Position numbers and translations under genes: made by a program
The notes under the pieces: generated by a model
Seen by the model: only the letters and a program-made list of their open reading frames with translations
The model's database searches: none
What the model was told of the DNA's origin: nothing
Shown here: positions 28,131 to 35,191 of the stretch, one piece after another
Position numbering within the stretch: the first letter of the stretch is position 1
How the letters are laid out: every line of letters starts with the position of its first letter
Assembly (NCBI GenBank): GCA_035369485.1
Contig: DAOSMC010000002.1
Location: 1 to 42,859, forward strand
Reading direction: 5' to 3'
Source: Minisyncoccota bacterium
GTDB lineage: Bacteria > Patescibacteriota > Minisyncoccia > UBA6257 > JAAZHW01
Length of the DNA stretch: 42,859 nucleotides

Positions 28131-29450
28131 GTGGAAACAATAAACAAGAAAATTTTCTTAGCTTACGATATTCGAGGCCGGCACCCTAAAGAAATTAATG
28201 GTGATGTTTTGTGGCGGTTAGGATATAACTTACCGATGATTTTGCAGAAAGAAAAGATATTGCCTAATAGAAAATTAAAAATAATAGTTGGACGTGATAG
28301 TCGACCCAGCGGTGCGATTTTAATTAAAAATCTCATTCAAGGATTGTTACAGAATGATATTGAATTGGTAGATGCGGGTGTTATTACTTCTCCGATGCTC
28401 TATTTTTTAATAAAAATGCATCATTTCGATCTGGGTTTTATCATTACAGGATCTCATTTGAGCGAAAGTTATACGGGTTTAAAAATTTATACTCATGAAT
28501 TGAATACTCTTTCTGGAAATTGGCTGGTACAATTTTTGGATATTTTCAATCGACCGGTTACCGTAGGTTTAACAAAAGGAAAATTGACAAGGAAAAATTT
28601 TATCAATGAATATGTCCAATTCCTTTTGCAAAAAAGCAAAATCAGACAATTTAAAAAAACACTTTCTTTGAAAAATATTTTAATCTGTTGTCCTAAAAGC
28701 AGTCAGCTGATTTTAGAAAAAATTAAAAAGGAATTGAAACTTAACTTGCAATTTGTTCATCGGCCAATCCCCAAAAGATTAATAGCACAAAGAAAATGCG
28801 ATTGCGTAATTCAATTTGATTCTGATGCCGATCGGATGCAGGTGTTTAATAGCAAGGGCGAACAAATTTTAGGAGATGTAATTGGTGCTTTTTTTGTGGA
28901 ATTGATGAAAAATAAGATGCCTAAAAAAATAATTCTTGATTGTCGTTCTGGCCAATTTCTGATTAATTTAGCACGCCGCTATCGTTTTAAAATAATTTAT
29001 TCGCCAGCAGGTCATGGATTTTTTAAACAGGCAATGAAGAAAAACAAAGCCTTGTTGGGCATTGAAAAATCAGGCCATTATTATTGGAAGGATTTTTTCT
29101 TTGCGGATTCGGGCATTTTTTCTTTTTTAATGCTGCTTCAATTTTTGGCTGGAAAAAAAGATAAGATAGATGATGTGGCGCGTCAATTTTTCCAAGGCGT
29201 TATTTCGCCGGAAATAAATTTTAAAATTAAAAACCAACGACAAGTCAATAAAATTTTTCAAAAAACAGAAAAGGCATTTAGTAAGAATAGAATTAATAAA
29301 ATTGATGGTTTAACAGTCTTTGATAAAAACTTTAAATTTAATTTGAGAGTTTCTCATACCGAACCAAACATTCTTCGATTAAATATTGAAGCTATCAATG
29401 AAAAAGTCTTTCAGGAAATATTGTCGAAAATTAAGCAACTAGTCAAATAA
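28131..29450 (+). CDS. alpha-D-phosphohexomutase family protein (PGM/PMM-like), divergent
   Basis: 439 aa with a GTG start. FLAYDIRGRHP. Phosphoserine loop reads ITGSHLSESYTGLK instead of the usual TASHNPxxxNG. Metal loop FDSDADR. Sugar loop GIEKSGH. Confidence 0.75.
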   Translation: METINKKIFLAYDIRGRHPKEINGDVLWRLGYNLPMILQKEKILPNRKLKIIVGRDSRPSGAILIKNLIQGLLQNDIELVDAGVITSPMLYFLIKMHHFDLGFIITGSHLSESYTGLKIYTHELNTLSGNWLVQFLDIFNRPVTVGLTKGKLTRKNFINEYVQFLLQKSKIRQFKKTLSLKNILICCPKSSQLILEKIKKELKLNLQFVHRPIPKRLIAQRKCDCVIQFDSDADRMQVFNSKGEQILGDVIGAFFVELMKNKMPKKIILDCRSGQFLINLARRYRFKIIYSPAGHGFFKQAMKKNKALLGIEKSGHYYWKDFFFADSGIFSFLMLLQFLAGKKDKIDDVARQFFQGVISPEINFKIKNQRQVNKIFQKTEKAFSKNRINKIDGLTVFDKNFKFNLRVSHTEPNILRLNIEAINEKVFQEILSKIKQLVK

Positions 29451-29455
29451 ATACT

Positions 29456-29827
29456 ATGGCCGCCTCGTATCGTCTTAAGCAGTTAAACAGCTTGATTCAG
29501 CAGCTTTTTTCCGAAATTCTTCAAAAAGAAAGTAATTTTTCCGAGGAAGTCTTTGTAAGTGTGAGCAAGGTGGAAGTTTCGAAGGATTTAGCAAATGCTA
29601 AGGTTTTCATTAGCGTTTTCCCTGCTGTTACGGATGAAATTAAAGAATATTTTAAAAAGAATATTTTTGCTCTTCAGCAATTACTTAATAAAAAATTAGA
29701 CATTCACCCTGTGCCTAAAATTCTGATTGTGTATGACGATTCGGAAGCCAAAGCCGCCCACATTGATGCTCTATTAAATCAGATTAAAAAGGACGCTCGT
29801 CGGTCAAGAAAAAGAAAAAAAGATTGA
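29456..29827 (+). CDS. rbfA: ribosome-binding factor A
   Basis: 123 aa with an RbfA-like N-terminus (RLKQLNSLIQQLFSEIL) and a basic tail. Confidence 0.8.
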   Translation: MAASYRLKQLNSLIQQLFSEILQKESNFSEEVFVSVSKVEVSKDLANAKVFISVFPAVTDEIKEYFKKNIFALQQLLNKKLDIHPVPKILIVYDDSEAKAAHIDALLNQIKKDARRSRKRKKD

Positions 29828-29946
29828 TTTTATCTTTGAACATTTACAATTGAAGAAATTAAGTTAGCCACCCAAAATTTTTAAGATACTTGATTTTTAT
29901 TGGATAATCAGGTATTTTATTATAAATGGAACAAAGAATTATTGGT

Positions 29947-30018
29947 GGCCACGTAGCCAAGTAGTAAGGCATCGGTCTGCAAAACCGATATACGTGGGTG
30001 CAATTCCCACCGTGGCCT
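29947..30018 (+). tRNA. tRNA-Cys(GCA)
   Basis: Acceptor GGCCACG/CGTGGCC with discriminator T (U73, typical of Cys). Anticodon arm TCGGT-CTGCAAA-ACCGA. T arm GTGGG-TGCAATT-CCCAC. No CCA. Confidence 0.9.
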
Positions 30019-30121
30019 CAGAAGTAATTTAAAAACTTAAAAATTAAAAAGTGGAAAGAATAAAATTAAGAAATTAAAATAACCAAAACCTCGATTTTTT
30101 ATTTTTGCATTTACCACTATT

Positions 30122-30207
30122 GCCCGGGTGGCGGAATCGGCAGACGCGTTGGACTCAAAATCCAATGACCTTTACCGGTCATGAGAGTTCGAGTCTCTCC
30201 CCGGGCA
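30122..30207 (+). tRNA. tRNA-Leu(CAA)
   Basis: Acceptor GCCCGGG/CCCGGGC with discriminator A. Anticodon arm TTGGA-CTCAAAA-TCCAA. Long variable arm TGACCTTTACCGGTCA. T arm GAGAG-TTCGAGT-CTCTC. No CCA. Confidence 0.92.
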
Positions 30208-30228
30208 CAAACGAATAAAATGAGTTTG
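30199..30228 (+). repeat. direct repeat copy 1 (last 9 nt of tRNA-Leu(CAA) plus 21 nt of trailer)
   Basis: CCCCGGGCACAAACGAATAAAATGAGTTTG. 29 of 30 nt identical to 30373-30402. Confidence 0.95.
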
Positions 30229-30372
30229 GGACCGGGAGCAAGCCAACTGCTTGGCTTGCGTGGGGACGAGAAGCGCGCAGCTATGGGCGACGAGCGAGTT
30301 GGCGAGGAGCCCAGCGAGCGGCGGGCTGCGAGCGCGAGAGCGGAAGCTTGAGCGACTTGTAGCCGAGTCCCA
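30229..30372 (+). other. 144-nt GC-rich structured insert between the direct repeats (candidate small RNA or remnant of an integrated element)
   Basis: 98 of 144 nt are G+C (68%), hand counted, in an AT-rich window. Reiterated GCGAG. Several mutually compatible helices, including a perfect 8-bp hairpin at 30238-30259 and a GGAA-tetraloop hairpin at 30338-30349. Confidence 0.45.
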
Positions 30373-30402
30373 CCCCGGGCACAAACGAATGAAATGAGTT
30401 TG
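30373..30402 (+). repeat. direct repeat copy 2 (orphan tRNA 3'-end/trailer copy)
   Basis: CCCCGGGCACAAACGAATGAAATGAGTTTG. Preceded by CGAGTCCCAC, which resembles the T-loop/T-stem of the parent tRNA (CGAGTCTCTC). Confidence 0.95.
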
Positions 30403-30410
30403 ATCCGATT

Positions 30411-30465
30411 TTATTGTCATCCTGCTTTTTATTGTCATCCTACTTTTTTAATGTCATTCTAAGGA
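30411..30465 (+). repeat. three tandem 18-19-nt units with core ATTGTCATCCT / ATTGTCATCCT / AATGTCATTCT
   Basis: Cores at 30413-30423, 30431-30441 and 30450-30460, starting 8 nt after direct repeat copy 2. Confidence 0.85.
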
Positions 30466-30536
30466 CAAGGTCCGAATCCTCCATCTCTTAGCAATAATCA
30501 GCATTTACTGCTGTGGATGAGATTCTTCGTTTCGCT

Positions 30537-30571
30537 CAGAATGACAGGAAAAAAACGTTCAGAATGATAAA
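30537..30571 (-). repeat. two inverted copies of the same core (TCAGAATGACA, TCAGAATGATA)
   Basis: AGAATGACA at 30538-30546 and AGAATGATA at 30561-30569 are the reverse complement of TGTCATTCT (second copy has 1 mismatch). Spaced 23 nt apart. Confidence 0.8.
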
Positions 30572-30626
30572 CTAGTGCTTGTGACATGGCGATGGTTAGC
30601 AGATTTAAAATTTTAATTGAAAAATT

Positions 30627-30658
30627 AAAACGGGAGCTAAGATCGCTTCCGTTTTTTT
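30627..30658 (+). terminator. orphan intrinsic terminator with no upstream CDS
   Basis: AAAACGGGAGC-TAAGATC-GCTTCCGTTTT: a 7-bp stem including one G-U, followed by a run of 7 T. The nearest upstream plus-strand genes are the tRNAs. Confidence 0.6.
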
Positions 30659-30812
30659 GTTCAACGTTTGGAAGGTTAAATTTTTAATCTTTGAATTTAA
30701 ATTATTTCCACCTTCCATTAGTATTTTATTTATCGCAATAAACTTGCAAAAAAGAGGAACAGAATATTAACCCTCTTTTTTTATGTTATGAAATTTTTTA
30801 TAATAAAAATTA

Positions 30813-31802
30813 ATGAAGAAAGAAAAGATGAAAAAGGTGGTAGTCATTGGAGGCGGAACAGGTGTGTTTGTGGTTTTGACGGCTTTGAAAAATTTTCCCG
30901 TCCATCTTTCGGCGATTATCAGTATGGCGGATTCTGGTGGTTCAAGTGGAATTTTAAGAGAAGAATTCGGTATTTTGCCGCCAGGCGATGTGCGGCGCGC
31001 TTTAATTGCTTTATCCAATTCAGACAATAAGCTTTTAGCCAGATTATTTAATTATCGTTTTAATGAAAGTTATTTTTTGGATGGTCATAGTTTTGGTAAT
31101 TTATTTATTACTGCTTTGGAGCGCATTACGGGCGATTTTCAAAAAGCGATTCGCGAGGCGGGGAAAATTTTAAACATTTCAGGCGAAGTTATTCCGGTGA
31201 CTTTAGACAACATCAATCTCGTTGCTCAACTAAAAAACGGTCAAATTATTTATGGCGAAAGCGCGATTGATCGAAGAAAAGAGAAAAATTCTTCTAAGAT
31301 TCAAAAAATTTGGATTCAACCAAAAGCCAAAATTAATCCTTTGGCTCGCCAAACAATTTTAGCAGCTGATTATATTGTTATTGGCCCGGGTGATTTATAT
31401 ACAAGTATTATTCCAAACCTTTTAGTTAGTGGTGTTACGACTGCTTTAAAAAAATCACGGGCGAAAAAGATTTTTATTACTAATATTATGACCAAAAAGG
31501 GCGAAACAGACGATTTTAAGGCCTCTGATTTTATTATTACTCTTGAAAAATATTTAGGAAAAAAAATACTTGATTATGTTTTAATAAACAATAGTCGTCC
31601 GGATAAAAAACGTTTTAAGAAATACAAAGAGGAGGGTGCTCAATTTGTAGAGCCAAATGTAGATCAATGGGGAAGGGCATTGGTTATTAAAAAAGATTTA
31701 TTACGAGAAAGGGGATTATTGCGACATGACCCTAAAAAATTAGGAACAACCCTTGGTGAAATTATTCTGGCTGAGAAAACGTATGGAAAGCTCATTAAAT
31801 AA
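30813..31802 (+). CDS. YvcK/CofD-like (UPF0052, gluconeogenesis-factor family) protein
   Basis: 329 aa. VVVIGGGTGVFVVLTALK, SAIISMADSGGSSGILREEFGILPPGDVRRALIALS. An alternative ATG at 30828 is possible. Confidence 0.85.
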   Translation: MKKEKMKKVVVIGGGTGVFVVLTALKNFPVHLSAIISMADSGGSSGILREEFGILPPGDVRRALIALSNSDNKLLARLFNYRFNESYFLDGHSFGNLFITALERITGDFQKAIREAGKILNISGEVIPVTLDNINLVAQLKNGQIIYGESAIDRRKEKNSSKIQKIWIQPKAKINPLARQTILAADYIVIGPGDLYTSIIPNLLVSGVTTALKKSRAKKIFITNIMTKKGETDDFKASDFIITLEKYLGKKILDYVLINNSRPDKKRFKKYKEEGAQFVEPNVDQWGRALVIKKDLLRERGLLRHDPKKLGTTLGEIILAEKTYGKLIK

Positions 31803-33300
31803 GAACTGGTTACAAAAAATAATTTCTCTTCCGCCGCCACATCAATTTTTGCTTATTACTATTATTTTTATTGGAGGAATTTTTTTCTCTTCTTTTTTAA
31901 ATTTTCAAATAGCTATTTTTATTGGATTGTTTATTTTTTTGATCAGTGCGATTTTGGGATTAAGCGCTATTTTAATGCAAAAACGAGCTATTTTTTTTAT
32001 TTACCCTCTTGTTTTCCTGCTAGGATTTTTCTATCTGCAGTTTTATAATTTTTATCAAGAAAATCATTCAAGCAATTATTTGAATGGGACAGAACAATCT
32101 CAAGTTTCGGCCATTATTAGCGATTTGCCAATTTATAATAATAATGTTAGTTTTCAAGTTCAATTATTAGCGCCTTTTCAAGGCAAGGCCTTAATTAAAA
32201 CACGATCTTATACTACAGATTTTCATTATGGTGATAAAATTTTAATTTCTGGAAAATTTGAACAGCCTCAAGCTTATGAAGATTTTGATTATCGCGCTTA
32301 TTTAGCTAAAGATAATGTTTACTCTGTTATTTATTATCCAGAAATCAAAATTTTAGCGCATCATCAGGGGTCTTGGTTAAAAGAAAATTTGTATCGTTTA
32401 AAGTTAAGCTTTCAAAAACAAATCGATAAAATTTTTTCGGAGCCGGAAAGTGGATTTCTGGCTGGCTTATTATTGGGTGAAAAGAGAACAATGGATAAAG
32501 ATTTACAATTGGCTCTTCAAAGAAGCGGCACCACTCACTTAATTGCTTTGTCCGGTTATAATATCACAATTATTATTCAGGCTGTTTCTTTTCTTTTAAT
32601 TGCTTTGGGATTAGCGCGACCTCAAACTTTTTGGGCGGTGGTTATTTTTCTTATTATGTTTATTATGCTTACGGGCGCTTCACCGTCAGTAGTACGAGCG
32701 GGCATTATGGGCATGATTCTTTTGTTGAGTAATAAATTAGGAAAACGTTATGAGGCGCGAAATGCTTTATTTTGCGCAGCGCTTCTGATGATTATTTTAA
32801 ATCCCAAAATTATCCGTTTTGATTTTGGTTTTCAATTATCGTTTGCCGCTACCTTGGGCTTAATTTATCTAATGCCATTTTTCGGTCGTTTATTTAAAGT
32901 CGATCAAGCCTCTTTTTTGGATTGGCGCAAAATTTTAGCAACAACCCTTTCAGCCCAAATAATGGTTTTGCCTGTTTTGGTATTACGATTTGGTTCTTTA
33001 CCTCTTATTTCTCCCTTGGCTAATGTAGCGATTATTATTTTTATTCCAGCAACTATGCTTGTAGGTTTTTTAGCGGTATTTCTTTCTTTTATTAATCTCT
33101 GGTTGGGACATTTAATCGGTTTTCTAGGATATCTTTTGCTTCATTTTGAAATTGCAATGATTAATTTTTTCGGTCATTGGAATTTTGCTGCCTTGAATTT
33201 TGGGGCTTTCCGAGAAATTGTTTTTTGGGCATCTGTGATAATTATTTTTGCCTTTGGAATTTATTTAAAAAAACATGAACTCATTAAACAAGAAATCTAG
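31783..33300 (+). CDS. comEC: ComEC/Rec2 DNA-uptake channel, N-terminal and competence (membrane) domains only
   Basis: About 505 aa from the ATG at 31783 (the ORF track extends to a TTG at 31753). Polytopic. Competence-domain motif SGTTHLIALSGYNITII. Overlaps the end of the YvcK-like gene by 20 nt. Confidence 0.85.
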   Translation: MESSLNKNWLQKIISLPPPHQFLLITIIFIGGIFFSSFLNFQIAIFIGLFIFLISAILGLSAILMQKRAIFFIYPLVFLLGFFYLQFYNFYQENHSSNYLNGTEQSQVSAIISDLPIYNNNVSFQVQLLAPFQGKALIKTRSYTTDFHYGDKILISGKFEQPQAYEDFDYRAYLAKDNVYSVIYYPEIKILAHHQGSWLKENLYRLKLSFQKQIDKIFSEPESGFLAGLLLGEKRTMDKDLQLALQRSGTTHLIALSGYNITIIIQAVSFLLIALGLARPQTFWAVVIFLIMFIMLTGASPSVVRAGIMGMILLLSNKLGKRYEARNALFCAALLMIILNPKIIRFDFGFQLSFAATLGLIYLMPFFGRLFKVDQASFLDWRKILATTLSAQIMVLPVLVLRFGSLPLISPLANVAIIIFIPATMLVGFLAVFLSFINLWLGHLIGFLGYLLLHFEIAMINFFGHWNFAALNFGAFREIVFWASVIIIFAFGIYLKKHELIKQEI

Positions 33301-34120
33301 TAAAATTTTAATTATTGCCCTTCTTATTATTTTTTGTTTTGATACTCTTTTGTGGATTGAAATTTTGAAGGAGCCAAAAAATGTAGAGGCAGATTTTTTA
33401 GATGTAGGGCAAGGCGATGCGACGCTTTTAAAATTTCCTTTTTCTGGCCAAATTCTTATTGATGCTGGTGATGGTCAGAAAATCAAAACGGCTCTGTCTC
33501 AAGTCCAGGGTTATTTTAATAAAGATATAGATGTTTGGATTTTAAGCCACGCCAATCTTGATCATTACGGAGGCTTTCTCAAATTATTAGAAACCAACCC
33601 TCCCCGAATTTTTATTTATAATGGTTTTGATAGCGAAGGAGACTCTTTTCAAGCATTAAAGAAATTACTTCACGCAAAAGAAATACCCATTCTTGTTTTA
33701 GCCGCAGGAGATAAAATTAAAATTGGTAATTCGCGATTTGATATTATATGGCCAACTGCTAATTTTTTGAGGAAGGATTTAAATGACACCTCTCTTGTTT
33801 TACGTTTTGTTGATCATAATCACTCTATACTTTTTACAGGCGATGTCTCTGCTAAAATACTTTCTAGCTTAAGCAATATTCAATCAGAAATATTAAAAGT
33901 TTCTCATCATGGGTCAAAAACAGGCATCACTGCTTCAGTGCTTGATATGATTAAACCTCGAATCGCTTTAATTGGCGTTGGATTTAATAATCGTTTTGGA
34001 CATCCTTCGGTTGAAGTGACCAGTTTATTAAAAAAAATCGGCTCTCAAATTTTTAGAACCGATTTAAATGGAACAATAAAAATTCATTTTGATGAAAATC
34101 TTTTTATTGAAACTCAATAA
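33275..34120 (+). CDS. ComEC C-terminal metallo-beta-lactamase domain as a separate ORF
   Basis: 281 aa with an N-terminal TM helix. DVGQGDATLL, SHANLDHYGG, LKVSHHGS. Starts in the +1 frame, 26 nt before the stop of the preceding ComEC ORF. Confidence 0.85.
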   Translation: MNSLNKKSSKILIIALLIIFCFDTLLWIEILKEPKNVEADFLDVGQGDATLLKFPFSGQILIDAGDGQKIKTALSQVQGYFNKDIDVWILSHANLDHYGGFLKLLETNPPRIFIYNGFDSEGDSFQALKKLLHAKEIPILVLAAGDKIKIGNSRFDIIWPTANFLRKDLNDTSLVLRFVDHNHSILFTGDVSAKILSSLSNIQSEILKVSHHGSKTGITASVLDMIKPRIALIGVGFNNRFGHPSVEVTSLLKKIGSQIFRTDLNGTIKIHFDENLFIETQ

Positions 34121-35023
34121 TCAAAGCCATTTTTTAATTTTAAAAACAGCAAGAAAAAGCAAAGCCAAAAGAACCATCAATCCAATGACATACCAGAATC
34201 CATAAGGGGAATTAACGAAGGGCATATATGCCGTGTTCATACTAAATATAGAAGAGATGAGCGTTAGAGGAAAAGTGATAAAGGCCAAAATAGTTAGAAT
34301 TTTCATAATTTCATTCGTTCGACTCTCAAAAAAGGTGTTATTAGTATTTTCGAGCGATTCAATCGTTTCTTTAAGGTTGTCCAGATTCATCCAAAGCTTT
34401 TCATAATCTCCCAGAAGATCATTAAAATAGATTTCTAAATCCTTGCCAAAAAATTGTACACCTCGTTCTTTTAATGATTCTAAAATTGAATGTTGAGGCC
34501 TGGCAATTAATCGTTGATCTAGAATGTCTCTTTTGACAATGGCTATTTGTTCAATCAGTGATTTTGGATTACTTTTGAAAATGGCATCTTCGATTTTTTT
34601 AATCTTTCCGTTGATGTGTGCGAGTTGGCGCAAGGAAAAAGTAAGCCCTTCTTCTAAAATATAGTGAAGCAGATGAGCGGGGGTTTTGTTGAGAAGGTTT
34701 GAAGGGTCATTTTTTATTTTTTCAAAAAGATTGTCAATTAATTTAAAGTTTTGATAACGCACTGAAACAAGGGCATCTTTTGTTAAAAGAAAATCAATTT
34801 CGATAGCTTCAGAAATCTGAGTTTTTTCATTGTAATTAGATAAATAATAGACGATAAACATTAAACCATCATAAACCTCAATTTTAGTGCGAGTTGATGG
34901 ATTTTTTAGTTCAGAAATAATTAAAGGATGCAAATGAAATCTTTTTTGTAAATCCGATAACTCTTCTTCTGTGGGGTTTACTATGTCGAGCCAGCTGATT
35001 TTAGAATGAAGTTCTTTGATCAT
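34121..35023 (-). CDS. corA: CorA-family divalent cation transporter with SMN in place of GMN
   Basis: 300 aa with a CorA-like cytoplasmic domain and two C-terminal TM helices. Signature loop reads IFSMNTAYMPF (SMN codons at 34235-34243). Its stop codon abuts the convergent ComEC-MBL stop. Confidence 0.8.
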   Translation of the reverse strand: MIKELHSKISWLDIVNPTEEELSDLQKRFHLHPLIISELKNPSTRTKIEVYDGLMFIVYYLSNYNEKTQISEAIEIDFLLTKDALVSVRYQNFKLIDNLFEKIKNDPSNLLNKTPAHLLHYILEEGLTFSLRQLAHINGKIKKIEDAIFKSNPKSLIEQIAIVKRDILDQRLIARPQHSILESLKERGVQFFGKDLEIYFNDLLGDYEKLWMNLDNLKETIESLENTNNTFFESRTNEIMKILTILAFITFPLTLISSIFSMNTAYMPFVNSPYGFWYVIGLMVLLALLFLAVFKIKKWL

Positions 35024-35154
35024 ATGTATAATATTATACTACAGGAAATTAAAAAATTAAATTCTTACACGCCTATCGACTAGAGATGAAGCTGTTTGAA
35101 TAATTATAGCGCTGTTAATATTGTTTGGACTTTTTTGATTACATTTGAAATGAG

Positions 35155-35191
35155 AGGCGGCGGAAATTTTCTGAAAGAAAATTTCCGCCGC
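35155..35191. repeat. 37-nt palindromic element (17-bp perfect arms) between divergent corA and rpsL
   Basis: GGCGGCGGAAATTTTCT-GAA-AGAAAATTTCCGCCGCC. The right flank CCGCCCATTTCGTCG resembles the right flank of the 140-181 palindrome (CCGCCCATTTTAGTCG). Confidence 0.85.

Noticed and set aside
30199-30402. CRISPR-like appearance (30-nt repeat, spacer, 30-nt repeat)
   Set aside because: There are only two copies, the spacer is 144 nt, the repeat is the tRNA 3' end plus trailer, and no cas genes are present.
30172-30438. 88-aa minus-strand ORF from the track (MTIKSRMTIKSDQTHFIRLCPGWDS...)
   Set aside because: It overlaps tRNA-Leu(CAA) antisense. Its internal repeat (QTHFIRLCPG twice) is just the translation of the 30-nt direct repeats. 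It stays open only because the GC-rich insert lacks stop codons.
30513-30521. DnaA-box-like TGTGGATGA (8/9 match to TGTGGATAA), hinting at an origin
   Set aside because: It is a single box, no dnaA or dnaN is nearby, and the TGTCATYCT repeats match the DnaA-box consensus poorly.
30229-30660. Known housekeeping RNAs (SRP/4.5S RNA, RNase P RNA, tmRNA, 6S) in the GC-rich insert or island
   Set aside because: A GGAA tetraloop is present (30342-30345) but the flanking conserved SRP helix-8 sequence (GGAAGCAGC-type symmetric loop) is not. AAGGTCCGAAT (30467-30477) only loosely resembles the RNase P GGAAAGTCCGGGC motif, and no other conserved RNase P blocks are seen. There is no tmRNA-like 5' acceptor or tag reading frame. 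A covariance-model scan is still needed.
30586-30690. 34-aa plus-strand mini-ORF (MAMVSRFKILIEKLKRELRSLPFFCSTFGRLNF) in the gene-free island
   Set aside because: It has no ribosome-binding context or promoter, and it reads straight through the intrinsic terminator hairpin at 30627-30658. There is no support beyond being open.
31753-31782. TTG start at 31753 for ComEC as listed in the ORF track
   Set aside because: The ATG at 31783 (MESSLNKNW...) gives a shorter overlap with the upstream gene and lies just ahead of the first TM segment. The upstream 10 codons have no support.
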